64,000 nt of DNA from an uncultured delta proteobacterium (GTDB lineage: Bacteria; Desulfobacterota; Syntrophia; Syntrophales; UBA2185): NCBI GenBank assembly GCA_963729715.1, contig CAVSPA010000004.1, forward strand, positions 448,001 to 512,000, read 5' to 3'. Below the pieces are notes generated by a model. The model saw only the letters and a list, made by a program, of their open reading frames with translations, was not told the DNA's origin and searched no databases. Shown in pieces: positions 6,587 to 17,750 of the stretch (its first letter is position 1; each line of letters starts with the position of its first letter). The position numbers and the translations under genes are program-made.

Positions 6587-8737
6587 TCATGCCGTTTTAA
6601 CCCTCTCTACAGAGATCACGCTTTTTATTTTTTTGATCGCCGCGAGCACCTGGTTGAACTGCTGCAGGTCACTGACGTTCACTTCAAAACTCAATATTGC
6701 CTGCATATCCGCCGGCCTCGTTTCTACTTCTGCGTGGCTGATATTGATATCCATGGAAGATATTACCGTGCTTACTTCCGCAAGCAGGCCCTTCTTGTCC
6801 CTGCAGACTACCTTCATATGCACCGGGTATGTCTGTTTTTCCTTGATGTTCCACTGTACGTCAACGATCCTCTCCACGTCCATGCCCTCAACATTCGTGC
6901 AGTTGACCGTATGAACAGTGACTCCCCTTCCCCGTGAGATATAGCCTACAATTTCGTCTCCAGGAATGGGATTGCAGCATTTCGCAAATCTGACCATGAT
7001 ATCTTCGATATCCGTTATGGAAATGCCCACGGACGACGGGGCCTTTCTCTTCTTTTCCTCAGCTACGAGCGGTATCTCTGCAGTCCTCACTTCTTCTTCC
7101 GGAACAAATTGATTGACGATCCTCTTTGCCGAAACCTTTCCATAACCGACGATAGCCATCAGGTCATCGAGGGAACCGACGGAATATTCCGTGTACATCT
7201 TTTTGATTTCTTCGGACTTGAGCATCTGACTCAATTTAAGATTGTGCTTCTTGAATTCCTTTTCCAGCAGGTCCTTGCCGAGGGCGACGCTCTTTTTTCT
7301 TTCCTCCGTTTTTACCCAGTTTCTGATTTTCGATATGGCTCTCGACGTTACCGCATATTTCAGCCAATCCTTGCTGGGATGATGCCCTGCCTGTGTAATG
7401 ACTTCAACTGTATCGCCGTTTTGGAGTTCGTACTTGAGCGGCACTATGTTTCTGTTTACCTTGGCTCCGATGCACTGGTTCCCTACATCCGTGTGAACAC
7501 TGTATGCAAAATCAATGGGCGTCGCCCCCTTCGGAAAGGCCTTGACATCACCCTTCGGAGTGAACACGTATACCTCATCCGCAAAAAGAGCCATCTTCAG
7601 ATTCGACATGAATTCCCTGGGATTCTTGAGTTCCTGTTGAACCTCCAGCAAATCCCTCAATTTCTTGATCTGCTCATCTTCACCGCTTATATATGCTCGT
7701 CCTTCCTTATAGCGCCAGTGAGCGGCTATGCCTGCCTCCGCCCACTCGTGCATGGTCCTGTTCCTTATCTGTATCTCCACTCTTTCGCCGTAAGGACCGA
7801 TTACTGTTGTGTGCAACGCACGATAGCTGTTCGCCTTCGGCATCGCTATATAATCCTTAAAACGTCCGGGTACAGGCTTCCAGAGCGCATGGACGACGCT
7901 CAGAGCTTCGTAGCATTCGCTCTCCTTGTCTGCATCGAGGATGATTCTAAAGGCGATCAAATCGTATACCTCATTGAGGTCGATATGCTGCTCCTCCATC
8001 TTCGTGTAAATGCTGTACAGATGCTTTGCTCTCCCCTCAACTTCACCTTTCAGTCCAAATTTATCTATTTCCTTTTGGATAATGCCCTTCACCTCTTTCG
8101 TATACTGCTCTCTTTCCTGTTCCTTTTTCGCCAGGCGGTTCACCAGATCGTAATAAGCTTCGCCATTGAGATAGCGGAAGGCAAGATCTTCCAATTCAAC
8201 TTTCATCCAGTTGATGCCGAGACGGTTCGCCAAAGGGGCGTACAATTCGAGCGTTTCCTCAGCTATGAATTTCTGTCTGTCAGGCGGTTGAAACTCTAGC
8301 GTTCTCATATTATGAACTCTGTCGGCCAGTCTCACCAGGATGATCCGGATGTCTGAAGACATCGCCAGGATCATCTTCCGGAAGTTCTCCGCCTGATGTT
8401 CAACCCTGCTCCCAAAGGTGATTCTGCTTATCTTTGACAACCCCTCGACAAGAAACTCGATCTCTTTGCCAAAGGCCTCCTTTATTTGCGGAAGCGTGGC
8501 CACTGTGTCTTCCACAGTGTCATGCAGCAGGCCCGTAACGATAGTTGCTGCATCGAGCTTCATCTCCGCCAGTATGCCCGCCACTTCCACGGGGTGTGTT
8601 AGATAGGGCTCCCCGGACAGACGCACCTGTCCCTGATGGACGGAGGCAGAAAAGATGTACGCCTTTTCTATCAGTTCCTGCTCAGGAGCAGAAAGATAGG
8701 ACTGGGTTTTGTCCAGTATATCTGTAATGCGCAGCAC
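6587..8737 (-). CDS. rel: Bifunctional (p)ppGpp synthetase/hydrolase
   Basis: HD domain (LLHDTVED), synthetase (RFKDYIA, EIQIR), TGS and ACT domains. Confidence 0.96.
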   Translation of the reverse strand: MLRITDILDKTQSYLSAPEQELIEKAYIFSASVHQGQVRLSGEPYLTHPVEVAGILAEMKLDAATIVTGLLHDTVEDTVATLPQIKEAFGKEIEFLVEGLSKISRITFGSRVEHQAENFRKMILAMSSDIRIILVRLADRVHNMRTLEFQPPDRQKFIAEETLELYAPLANRLGINWMKVELEDLAFRYLNGEAYYDLVNRLAKKEQEREQYTKEVKGIIQKEIDKFGLKGEVEGRAKHLYSIYTKMEEQHIDLNEVYDLIAFRIILDADKESECYEALSVVHALWKPVPGRFKDYIAMPKANSYRALHTTVIGPYGERVEIQIRNRTMHEWAEAGIAAHWRYKEGRAYISGEDEQIKKLRDLLEVQQELKNPREFMSNLKMALFADEVYVFTPKGDVKAFPKGATPIDFAYSVHTDVGNQCIGAKVNRNIVPLKYELQNGDTVEVITQAGHHPSKDWLKYAVTSRAISKIRNWVKTEERKKSVALGKDLLEKEFKKHNLKLSQMLKSEEIKKMYTEYSVGSLDDLMAIVGYGKVSAKRIVNQFVPEEEVRTAEIPLVAEEKKRKAPSSVGISITDIEDIMVRFAKCCNPIPGDEIVGYISRGRGVTVHTVNCTNVEGMDVERIVDVQWNIKEKQTYPVHMKVVCRDKKGLLAEVSTVISSMDINISHAEVETRPADMQAILSFEVNVSDLQQFNQVLAAIKKIKSVISVERVKTA

Positions 8738-8742
8738 GGATT

Positions 8743-10458
8743 TCAGCTACCCTCATTGACATAATTGATTACAAAATCCTCTGCCGCGTCCGAGGCAAGC
8801 ATTTTCACCTCACCTGTCCTTCTAATCTTGACCTCCAGGACGCCGGCGGTGAGAAGTTTCTGCCCGACAGTTACACGTAGTGGAATGCCGATCAGATCCG
8901 CATCTTTAAATTTCACACCCGCCCTCTCGTCCCTGTCATCAAGGATGACTTCTATACCCTTCTCCTGAAGTGCTTCATACAGCTGCACCGACATCTTCTT
9001 GATCTTATCGTCGCTCACATTAACGGGCGTAATTATCACCTGATAAGGGGCCAGCGGAACCGGCCATACGATACCGTTCTCATCATGGTTCTGTTCTATA
9101 GCAGCCGCGACGGTCCTTCCCACACCGATGCCGTAACAGCCCATTATCATGTACTGCTCCTTGCCGTTTTTATCAAGGTATCGGGCTTTCATCGCCTTGC
9201 TGTACTTTGTTCCGAGCTTGAAGACGTGACCTACTTCTATCCCGCGGGCAAACTTGAGAGCACGACCGCACCGTGCGCATGAATCCGTTTCCCTGGCTAT
9301 TCGCAAATCCGCAAATGCAGCGACAGACACATCTCTGCCCATGTTTACATTTTTTACATGATAATCTTCCCTATTCGCCCCCATGACAAAATTAGTCATA
9401 TTCGAGAGAGAATAATCCGCGATGACCTTCACTTTTATCCCGACGGCTCCGGCAAATCCCCGGGGGGCGCCCGTGACTTCCTGGATCACATCGTCCGTTG
9501 CCATCTCCAGGACATCGCAGTTCAAATAGTTTTTGACTTTAATTTCATTTACCTCTTCATCGCCGCTTACCAGCACGGCAACAGGACTGCCGTCTGCGCT
9601 GTATATCATGGTTTTTACTATATCCCGAGGGACCACATGGAGGAATGAAGACACTTCCTCAATGGTTCTCATATTAGGTGTATGAACCGATTCAAGGGGA
9701 AGCATATCTTTTTTATGTTCCAGGTGAATTTCCGGTGCTGCAATTTCCGCCTTTTCCAGATTCGCTGCATACTCGCAATTACTGCAGATGACGAGAGAAT
9801 CCTCGCCGGTTGCGGCCATCACCATAAATTCATGGGAAAAGCTTCCACCGATACTGCCCGTATCGGCCTCCACGGCCCGGAATTCGAGACCGCATCTCTT
9901 GAATATCTCCGTATAGGCATCGAACATTTTTTGATAACTTATCTCCGCCCCTTTCTCATCAGCATCGAAGCTGTAGGCATCCTTCATTCCGAACTCCCTG
10001 CATCGCATGACTCCGAACCTCGGCCGTATCTCATCGCGGAATTTCGTCTGAATCTGATAAAGGTTCCTGGGGAGATGTCTGTAAGTCTTGATTTCATTCC
10101 TGACAAGATCGGTGATAACTTCCTCATGCGTAGGACCGAGACAGCAATCTCTGTCATTTCTGTCCTTGAACCGCAGAAGTTCCTTGCCGTAGAAGCTCCA
10201 CCTTCCGGATTCCTCCCAGAGCTCCCGGGGCTGCACCGTCGGCATGAAAACCTCCTGCGCCCCCGCTCCGTCCATCTCCTCGCGTATTATTTGCTCCAGC
10301 TTGCGAATGACCCGGTAGCCCAAGGGAAGGTAAGTATAAATACCGCTTGTCAACTTTCGTATCATCCCCGCCCTTATCATAAGCTGATGGCTTATGATCT
10401 CCGCATCTGAAGGCACTTCCCTCACCGTAGGCAAGAACATCTCCGAATATCGCATCAT
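8743..10458 (-). CDS. proS: Prolyl-tRNA synthetase
   Basis: LGPTHEE, FRDEIRPRFG, GIEVGHVFKLG, MGCYGIG. Confidence 0.98.
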   Translation of the reverse strand: MMRYSEMFLPTVREVPSDAEIISHQLMIRAGMIRKLTSGIYTYLPLGYRVIRKLEQIIREEMDGAGAQEVFMPTVQPRELWEESGRWSFYGKELLRFKDRNDRDCCLGPTHEEVITDLVRNEIKTYRHLPRNLYQIQTKFRDEIRPRFGVMRCREFGMKDAYSFDADEKGAEISYQKMFDAYTEIFKRCGLEFRAVEADTGSIGGSFSHEFMVMAATGEDSLVICSNCEYAANLEKAEIAAPEIHLEHKKDMLPLESVHTPNMRTIEEVSSFLHVVPRDIVKTMIYSADGSPVAVLVSGDEEVNEIKVKNYLNCDVLEMATDDVIQEVTGAPRGFAGAVGIKVKVIADYSLSNMTNFVMGANREDYHVKNVNMGRDVSVAAFADLRIARETDSCARCGRALKFARGIEVGHVFKLGTKYSKAMKARYLDKNGKEQYMIMGCYGIGVGRTVAAAIEQNHDENGIVWPVPLAPYQVIITPVNVSDDKIKKMSVQLYEALQEKGIEVILDDRDERAGVKFKDADLIGIPLRVTVGQKLLTAGVLEVKIRRTGEVKMLASDAAEDFVINYVNEGS

Positions 10459-11534
10459 ATCTCCTTTCTTTCAGCTGCCACGGAATCAATTTCAGCGAGA
10501 AGCGCTGTTACAAATTCCTTCTCCTTCACTTTTCTTATTGCTTTACCTTTCCTGAAAAGAAGCCCGTATCCCTTGCCTCCGGCAATACCCACGTCCGCTT
10601 CTGCCGCCTCTCCCGGTCCGTTTACGACGCATCCCATCAAAGCAACCTTTAAATGTGTCTTCATACCTGCCAGTCTCCGTTCAACTTCCCGAGTCAACCC
10701 GAAAAGATCTATTTCGCAGCGGCCGCAGGTAGGACACGATATGATATCCGGCCCCACGTTCCTGAGTCCCATGGCCCTGAGGATTGCATAAGCAACACCG
10801 ATTTCAGAGACAGGATCTCCCGTTACGGAGACCCTGATCGTGTCGCCTATACCTGCATAGAGGAGGATGCCCATGCCGATGGCCGACTTCACAGCGGCAT
10901 TGACTATGCTTCCTGCTTCCGTAACGCCCAGGTGAAGGGGATAATCCGTCTTGCCGGACAATTCCCGGTAAGCCTCGACCATTGTATTTACATCCGACGC
11001 CTTAACCGATAGTTTTATCGAATCACAACCCGCATCCTCCAGGACAGCAACGCTTCTCAAGGCGCTCTCGACCAGAGCGGACGAACTCGGACCTCCGTAC
11101 TTTTTCAGTAAATCTTTTTCGAGTGAACCCGCGTTGACGCCTATGCGGATCACGGTCCCGCGTGATTTTGCAGCTTCAACGATCTTCAGTATTTCTTCTT
11201 TGGCAATATTCCCCGGATTGATCCTTATTCCGTCGACTCCGTTCCCTATCGCCTCTATCGCAAGGCGGTAATTAAAATGAATATCGGCAATAACGGGAAT
11301 AGCGATCTGCCTCTTGATACCCGATAGCGCCGCTGCAGCAACTCTATCCGGAACGGCGACCCGAACGATTTCACAACCCGCTTCCTCGAGTTTTCTGATC
11401 TGCCGCACTGTGGCCCTGACGTTTCTCGTATCCGTAGACGTCATTGACTGAACTGCAATCGGGGCATTTCCGCCAATCTGGACTCTGCCGAGAAAAACGG
11501 GCATCGTTCTCTTTCTTTTTATTGAAGTTTCCAA
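10455..11534 (-). CDS. ispG: HMBPP synthase (GcpE)
   Basis: VQSMT, ADIHF, RINPGN, CPTCGRC, GCVVNGPGEA. Confidence 0.97.
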   Translation of the reverse strand: METSIKRKRTMPVFLGRVQIGGNAPIAVQSMTSTDTRNVRATVRQIRKLEEAGCEIVRVAVPDRVAAAALSGIKRQIAIPVIADIHFNYRLAIEAIGNGVDGIRINPGNIAKEEILKIVEAAKSRGTVIRIGVNAGSLEKDLLKKYGGPSSSALVESALRSVAVLEDAGCDSIKLSVKASDVNTMVEAYRELSGKTDYPLHLGVTEAGSIVNAAVKSAIGMGILLYAGIGDTIRVSVTGDPVSEIGVAYAILRAMGLRNVGPDIISCPTCGRCEIDLFGLTREVERRLAGMKTHLKVALMGCVVNGPGEAAEADVGIAGGKGYGLLFRKGKAIRKVKEKEFVTALLAEIDSVAAERKEI

Positions 11535-11855
11535 AAAATTGCACCACCTGTTCGTCCACGCATATTAGGGCGGGGTAAATCATTAGTCAGAGGAGAAGTC
11601 TTTTCAACCTCGACAGCAATATAGCATGAAGATACTCTCGCAATCAATCGTTACTCCTTCTATTTTCGGCGCCTTAGTGAAAGTAATCTCCGTACATTGT
11701 AACCCTGTCTCTTTCAGAAGCGCATCTGAGGCGAATGAGGACTTCATTTCATGATAATATTATTGTTAACGAAAGGCAAGCACGCCTCGACTATAAGGCA
11801 TGCCTTATTGCGGGATTAACGTCGGCGGAAATGAATAGGGTGTGTGGCGACTTTC

Positions 11856-13052
11856 TTATGAAAGTCTTTTGACGGCACTGCTAATTCGTTTCAGTCCTTC
11901 CTCAATATTCTTCAAAGATGTAGCATACGAAAGACGGATATGATTGTCGTTGCCGAAATCAACGCCCGGAATCACGGCAACGTCGGCCGCATCCAGAAGG
12001 TATGCCGCAAAATCAGACGAATTCGATATGATCCCTCCACTATGCAAACTTCCAAACAGAGATGAAACATCAGGAAAGACATAGAAAGACCCGTGCGGGA
12101 GCATACAAGTGATGCCAGGGACGGCATTTAGCATCTCCACGATCACGTTTCTTCTCCTCCTGAATTCCTCAACCATCTTAGGAACGCTCTCCTGATTACC
12201 ATTCAGGGCCTCTACAGCCGCCCACTGCGAGATGGAAGTCGGATTTGACGTATTCTGGCTCTGAAGTTTTGTGACGGCTGCGATGATCTCTTCCGGGCCG
12301 GCGGCATAACCGATTCGCCAGCCAGTCATCGCATAGGTCTTGGAAACGCCATTGACGACAATTGTCTTCTTCCTTACCTCCTCATCAACGGATGCTATAT
12401 TCGCGAACGTGCTGCCATCGTAAAGAATCTTCTCGTAGATATCATCCGATATCACGAGTATCTCCTTGCCCACCAATATCTCCGCGAGGGCCTCCAGCTC
12501 CGCCGCGGTATAAACCGCGCCGGTCGGGTTCGACGGGCTGTTCATGATAATAGCCTTCGTACGCGCGGTGATCGCCCCTTGCAACTCCTCCGGCAGTATT
12601 TTAAACCCCTGCACCTCTGCCGTCTTAAGAACGACGGGCTTCGCACCTGAGAGTAAGACCATATCCAGATACGAAACCCAGTAAGGAGAGGGAATAATAA
12701 CTTCATCGCCTTCCTGAAAAATTACCTGAGTCAGATTATAGAGAGTGTGCTTCGCACCGCAGGAGACGACGACTTCTGATCTCTTGTAAGTCAATTGATT
12801 GTCCCGCAGCAACTTTCCGATGATCGCATCCTTTAATTCGACTATCCCGCAAACGGGCGTATATTTGGTAAACCCCTTTTCTATGGCCTTCACGGCTGCC
12901 ATCTTGATATTGTCCGGGGTATCAAAATCAGGTTCTCCCGCACCAAAGCCGATTATATCCCTGCCTTCAGCCTTGAGTGCATTGGCTTTGGCGGTAATTG
13001 CCAGCGTCGGTGACGGTTTTATTGTGGATATCCTTGCTGCCAGTTTCACCAT
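11856..13052 (-). CDS. aspC: Aspartate aminotransferase, class I/II PLP-dependent
   Basis: GEPDFDTP, NSPSNPTG, SKTYAMTGWRIG. Confidence 0.9.
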   Translation of the reverse strand: MVKLAARISTIKPSPTLAITAKANALKAEGRDIIGFGAGEPDFDTPDNIKMAAVKAIEKGFTKYTPVCGIVELKDAIIGKLLRDNQLTYKRSEVVVSCGAKHTLYNLTQVIFQEGDEVIIPSPYWVSYLDMVLLSGAKPVVLKTAEVQGFKILPEELQGAITARTKAIIMNSPSNPTGAVYTAAELEALAEILVGKEILVISDDIYEKILYDGSTFANIASVDEEVRKKTIVVNGVSKTYAMTGWRIGYAAGPEEIIAAVTKLQSQNTSNPTSISQWAAVEALNGNQESVPKMVEEFRRRRNVIVEMLNAVPGITCMLPHGSFYVFPDVSSLFGSLHSGGIISNSSDFAAYLLDAADVAVIPGVDFGNDNHIRLSYATSLKNIEEGLKRISSAVKRLS

Positions 13053-13061
13053 TTGTCCAAC

Positions 13062-13547
13062 TTACCTTCCGAATTTCTCTCTTATCTTACGGCACACGAT
13101 ATCCGGCACCAGTCCTTCAACGGGGGCTCCCAGACTCGCCGCCTCTTTAATGATCTGCGAACTTGTAAAGAACCACTCATTACTGGTCATAAGGAAAACC
13201 GTCTCGACATCCCTGTTGAGTCTCCGATTTATGAGAGTCAGCTGAAATTCGTACTCAAAATCAGAGAGGGCCCGGAGTCCCCTCAAGATAATATTCGCAC
13301 CGATTTTCTTGACATAGTCAACGAGCAGTCCCTCGAAGCACGCAACCTTGACGCCTTTACAGTCCTTTGCCGCCTCTTTGATCAATTCCACCCTCTCCTC
13401 AACAGAGAAGAGATAAGATGCTTTGTTCGGGTTATAAGCTACGAGGACAATAATCTCCTCGAAAATCTTCAACCCCCTTTTTATGAGGTCAAGATGGCCG
13501 TTCGTGATGGGATCAAATGAACCAGGATAGACAGCGATTTTCCCCAT
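13062..13547 (-). CDS. coaD: Phosphopantetheine adenylyltransferase
   Basis: YPGSFDPITNGH, RGLRALSDFEYE. Confidence 0.97.
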   Translation of the reverse strand: MGKIAVYPGSFDPITNGHLDLIKRGLKIFEEIIVLVAYNPNKASYLFSVEERVELIKEAAKDCKGVKVACFEGLLVDYVKKIGANIILRGLRALSDFEYEFQLTLINRRLNRDVETVFLMTSNEWFFTSSQIIKEAASLGAPVEGLVPDIVCRKIREKFGR

Positions 13548-13557
13548 ATGTGTTCCC

Positions 13558-14118
13558 TTATTCCTTTTTCCTTATTTTTAAAAAAGACAGATGTGTATCA
13601 CCATATCTTCTCCGGTCTGTCAATATGAAATCACCGGTATGTTGCGCATCCACATTCTCTCTTAAGGAATGCTGGATTATGAGGACACCATCTTCACTGA
13701 GGATATTCCCGTCTCTGAGACTGCGGAATATCTCCCTGACGAAACCTCTCTCATATGGTGGATCGGCAAAGATAATATCAACACTTTCACCTCTGTTTTG
13801 AAGTTTCCGTATGGCTTTTGCAGCTTCCATTGCCAGGATTTCATACTCTCCACCTAAGGATAATTCGCGGAGATTCCTCTTAATGGCATTAACCATAGCG
13901 GCATTCTTTTCCACAAAAACCACCGTCGCAGCTCCGCGGCTTAATGCCTCGAGTCCCACACTGCCACAGCCTGCAAAAAGATCAACGAAAGACTCCCCGG
14001 AGGTTTCATGAAGAATATTGAAAAGCGATTCCTTGATACCGTCGGAGGTGGGCCTAATTTGACTCTGCTTTGGTGAATAGATGGTCCTACCCTTTGCATC
14101 ACCTCCGATTATTCTCAT
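13558..14118 (-). CDS. rsmD: 16S rRNA m2G966 methyltransferase
   Basis: MRIIGG...RPT, DLFAGCG, DPPY; start overlaps the asd stop (ATGA). Confidence 0.93.
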   Translation of the reverse strand: MRIIGGDAKGRTIYSPKQSQIRPTSDGIKESLFNILHETSGESFVDLFAGCGSVGLEALSRGAATVVFVEKNAAMVNAIKRNLRELSLGGEYEILAMEAAKAIRKLQNRGESVDIIFADPPYERGFVREIFRSLRDGNILSEDGVLIIQHSLRENVDAQHTGDFILTDRRRYGDTHLSFLKIRKKE

Positions 14119-15149
14119 AGGTAGTCTCTGACAAGAAGCTCTGCTACCTGAACGGCATTCAATGCGGCACCCTTCCTTAGATTGTCGGATACAATCCACA
14201 TATTGATGCCTTTCTTTATGGACTCGTCTTCTCTGATCCTGCCCACAAACGTATCATCCTTGCCTGCCGCGTCTATCGCCAGAGGATACTTATTCCTCTT
14301 GAGATCATCTACTACTTTCACGCCAGGGGCATGCGAAAGGATTCTCCTCACTTCTTTGGCGCTAATTTTTCTTTCTGTCTCGATATTGACAGACTCCGAA
14401 TGTCCGAAGAGTACGGGAACTCTCACTGTCGTAGCCGTCACGGCAATTGTCTGATCGCCAAGAATTTTCTTTGTTTCATTCACCATTTTCATTTCCTCTT
14501 TCGAATAGCCGTTAGCCAGAAATATGTCGATATGAGGAAGACAGTTAAATGCTATTCTATGAGGATAGACCTTAACCGCGGCTTTCCGGCCGACCAAGAG
14601 AGCCTTTGTCTGTGTGATCAACTCTTCTATGGCCTCCTTGCCTGTCCCGGAGACGGCCTGATATGTAGAAACCACAACCCTCTTAATTCTGGCAGCATCG
14701 TGAATCGGCTTGAGAACCAGAACCATCTGGATGGTCGAGCAATTTGGATTAGCAATTATTCCTCTTTTTTTATACATGCCAATTGCTTTTGGATTAACTT
14801 CCGGAACTATCAAGGGAATATCAGGCGCCATCCTGAATGCACTTGTATTGTCAATCACAACACATCCTGATGCTGAGGCGATGGGGGCAAAGCGCTCAGA
14901 AATGCCTCCGCCGGCTGAGAAAAGCCCGATATCAATTCCTGAGAACGATTTTTCATTCAACACATGAACTGGGATAGACTTCCCTCTGAATCTCAGCTTC
15001 TTCCCAACCGAACGTTCTGACGCCAGCAGCGTCAAATTACGAACGGGGAATTCACGTTCTTCCAGGATCCTGACCATCTCGTTGCCTACGACACCCGTAG
15101 CACCAACTACGGCGACATTATACGACTTCACAGATTTATTCTTCTTCAT
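14115..15149 (-). CDS. asd: Aspartate-semialdehyde dehydrogenase
   Basis: VVGATGVVG, ANPNCST, DNLRKGAA. Confidence 0.97.
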   Translation of the reverse strand: MKKNKSVKSYNVAVVGATGVVGNEMVRILEEREFPVRNLTLLASERSVGKKLRFRGKSIPVHVLNEKSFSGIDIGLFSAGGGISERFAPIASASGCVVIDNTSAFRMAPDIPLIVPEVNPKAIGMYKKRGIIANPNCSTIQMVLVLKPIHDAARIKRVVVSTYQAVSGTGKEAIEELITQTKALLVGRKAAVKVYPHRIAFNCLPHIDIFLANGYSKEEMKMVNETKKILGDQTIAVTATTVRVPVLFGHSESVNIETERKISAKEVRRILSHAPGVKVVDDLKRNKYPLAIDAAGKDDTFVGRIREDESIKKGINMWIVSDNLRKGAALNAVQVAELLVRDYL

Positions 15150-15246
15150 AATTTGTCTCAAACACCTGCACGTAAAAAAGACACCTGCTTTAATGATTCG
15201 TTCCAAATAGAGGCAGCGCGTCTCATGGTTTTCATTCCCTCTATCC

Positions 15247-16047
15247 CTACCGTTTCAGTGCACGTTTCGTGTGCATCCGCACCCCTCTGGCCTTCCATTC
15301 CGTATATGCCTTCTTACAGACTTTGACAAGAGCCCACGTCGGACCGGATAGACTGTAACCGAAGGCAAAGGTAAACAGCATGATCTGCGGCTCTGCGATG
15401 ACTATAATCAAAATAAATACAATCAAAACAAAAGACATGAAAGGCTTTCTGGAAAAGAAATTGAGGTCCTTGAAGCTGTAATACTTTATACTGCTCACCA
15501 TCAGCAGTGATAGAATGACGACGCCTATCAAAATAGTCAGATCGTTGAATCTCCCCTCCCCCCCCAGATAGTAATAAAGCAACACCCCAGTTGCAACAAC
15601 TGCCGCAGCTCCCGGTATCGGTAATCCGTTGAAAACCTTGCTTTCAACCAAGCCTATCTGAATGTTGAACCTTGCCAGCCGCAATGCGCCGCAAACAACG
15701 AAGAGGAATGATGCAAGCCATCCCCATTTACCGTATATCGAAAGCGCCCAGGAGTATGCGAGAATGGATGGAGCAACACCGAAGGCTACCAAGTCCGACA
15801 GAGAGTCGTATTCCGAACCGAATTTGCTTGTCGTGTTCGTCATCCTCGCTATTCTGCCGTCCAGGCCGTCCAAGACAAACGCCATTAAGATGGGCGCTGC
15901 AGCAATCCAAAAATCGCCTTTCATGGACGCGACAACGGAATAGAATCCGCAAAAAAGGCTTCCCGTCGTAAAAAGGTTGGGTAGTAGATATATGCCTCTT
16001 CTTACACGCTCTCTCTTAAATGTGGCATTCTTTTTCATTTTAGCCAT
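15247..16047 (-). CDS. pssA: CDP-diacylglycerol--serine O-phosphatidyltransferase (start may be 16038)
   Basis: DGLDGRIAR...DSLSDLVAFG, LRLARFN. Confidence 0.93.
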   Translation of the reverse strand: MAKMKKNATFKRERVRRGIYLLPNLFTTGSLFCGFYSVVASMKGDFWIAAAPILMAFVLDGLDGRIARMTNTTSKFGSEYDSLSDLVAFGVAPSILAYSWALSIYGKWGWLASFLFVVCGALRLARFNIQIGLVESKVFNGLPIPGAAAVVATGVLLYYYLGGEGRFNDLTILIGVVILSLLMVSSIKYYSFKDLNFFSRKPFMSFVLIVFILIIVIAEPQIMLFTFAFGYSLSGPTWALVKVCKKAYTEWKARGVRMHTKRALKR

Positions 16048-16676
16048 CCCATAAGTGTCTCTCCCGCCCTCACTCTGTCACCCACTGTCACGGATATCAT
16101 CGCATCGGGAGGCAGAAAGACTTCCAGACGCGAGCCGAATCGGATGAGGCCGAATCTCTCACCCTTGCACACTTGCATTCCTTCCTTGATCCAACACTCT
16201 ATCCTCCTCGCTATCAATCCCGCTATCTGCACCGTTAAAATCTTATTGCCGTCATCGGTTCTAATAAGAATCGAATTTCTTTCGTTCAGATCCGATGCCT
16301 TGTCGAGATTAGCAGAAAAAAATTCTCCTTTACTATATTTTGTTGCGCTCACTGTGCCCGAATAGGGTATGCGGTTAACATGAACGTCAAACACGTTCAT
16401 AAATACGCTTATCTTCTGTGCCCGACCTTTGAGAAAATCGCTCTCCACGATGTTTTCTATTTTTATAACCTTGCCATCCGCCGGAGATACCACAGCTTTC
16501 TCGCCGTCAGGAAGCGCACGCTCCGGATTCCTGAAAAACCAGGCAACAAAGCAAGTGGTGATGAAGAATATCGACGCCACCCAGATTATACCGAAAATGG
16601 AAAAAATTAAAGTGCAAATACCAAGTGGTATGATGAAGGGAAGACCCTCACGGACTATGATACTCTTATGATTCAT
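16035..16676 (-). CDS. psd: Phosphatidylserine decarboxylase proenzyme
   Basis: FFRNPER, SPADG, HVNR, IRFGSR. Confidence 0.93.
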   Translation of the reverse strand: MNHKSIIVREGLPFIIPLGICTLIFSIFGIIWVASIFFITTCFVAWFFRNPERALPDGEKAVVSPADGKVIKIENIVESDFLKGRAQKISVFMNVFDVHVNRIPYSGTVSATKYSKGEFFSANLDKASDLNERNSILIRTDDGNKILTVQIAGLIARRIECWIKEGMQVCKGERFGLIRFGSRLEVFLPPDAMISVTVGDRVRAGETLMGWLK

Positions 16677-16694
16677 TGATTATATCGCACAACA

Positions 16695-16958
16695 TTAATA
16701 ATCCCGTGAGGGGCCGTAATCTGATGCTTCCTGTGCCTGACAACGGTATTTAGCAAGGATTCTGTAGATCTGCTCCTTTCCGCGAAGCTTCTTCTTCTGC
16801 AGGTTCTTCTTCTCAATCTCTTCTTCTGCCGTCAGATAGATACGCTTGTTAAAATTCTCGAGATCCGCTTCGAGTTTTTTGTGATCCTCAACATAGCTCT
16901 TCAGATCCTCATCCTGATTAATATATTTCTTGATCAAGAGCTCATCGGCCTTTTCCAT
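16695..16958 (-). CDS. DUF465-like small coiled-coil protein
   Basis: H..LE.......YLT.EEEIE.K.LQKKKL.GK pattern; GGAGG RBS. Confidence 0.75.
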   Translation of the reverse strand: MEKADELLIKKYINQDEDLKSYVEDHKKLEADLENFNKRIYLTAEEEIEKKNLQKKKLRGKEQIYRILAKYRCQAQEASDYGPSRDY

Positions 16959-17058
16959 GCACGTTACCTCCTGCGCAGTATTCTTATATTAATCAACAAT
17001 TCTTGTCAATATTTGATATTCCGCGATGAGGGCAAATCTTCGCCCGTCCCGCAGATAT

Positions 17059-17748
17059 TTATCGTGAGAAACGCTTCATTTCCGCTTCCGACGCGCGAAG
17101 ATACGCGGGCGCAAAAGTGACAGAATCCAGAATGTCTCCTTCAAGATATTTTCTCCTGCCTAGTGCACCGACGACCGCCGCTCTCACATGCTGATGGCAG
17201 CCGGACGCAAAATAGGATTTCCCCGGCAGCATCTCGCGGATAACACCTGCGTATTTTAGAGCGCCATCACCTACGAATATAACCTCTTCGTCAATGCACC
17301 GCAAGAATCCACGTACGTCAGTCACTCTCTCCGTTTCTATTATATCCAATGCATAATCCCATCCGGTCTTGTAGAGGGCCGTATATACCTGGTCTTTCCT
17401 TGCGTCGAGCATAGGACAGACTACGATTTCCGGGCCTATGATATTGCATACTAGGGCCTCCAGTGTCGATACACCTGCAATCGGCCTGCCTTCTGCCAAG
17501 GCGAGTCCTTTTACGGTACTCGCGCCCACGCGCAGCCCCGTAAATGAACCGGGTCCCATAGTGCACGCAAAGAGATCTATCTCTCCCGGTTCTATGCGCG
17601 AAAGTTTCAGTAAATCGTCTAAAGCAGGCAGCAAGACTACGGAGTGATTCACATCTAGGTTGATGAGGATTTCGGACAGTATATCGCCGTCCCGGAGAAG
17701 TGCGATACTGGCGCTCTTCGCAGAGGTATCAATTGCTAAAATTAACAT
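17059..17748 (-). CDS. tsaB: tRNA threonylcarbamoyladenosine biosynthesis protein
   Basis: ILAIDTS, GPGSFTGLRVG, DARKDQVY, P.YLR. Confidence 0.95.
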   Translation of the reverse strand: MLILAIDTSAKSASIALLRDGDILSEILINLDVNHSVVLLPALDDLLKLSRIEPGEIDLFACTMGPGSFTGLRVGASTVKGLALAEGRPIAGVSTLEALVCNIIGPEIVVCPMLDARKDQVYTALYKTGWDYALDIIETERVTDVRGFLRCIDEEVIFVGDGALKYAGVIREMLPGKSYFASGCHQHVRAAVVGALGRRKYLEGDILDSVTFAPAYLRASEAEMKRFSR

Positions 17749-17750
17749 AT

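Noticed and set aside
7109..8299. 396-aa + strand ORF and other long antisense ORFs (e.g. 9682, 25431, 47561, 59736)
   Set aside because: Lie opposite well-supported housekeeping genes and have no recognisable motifs.
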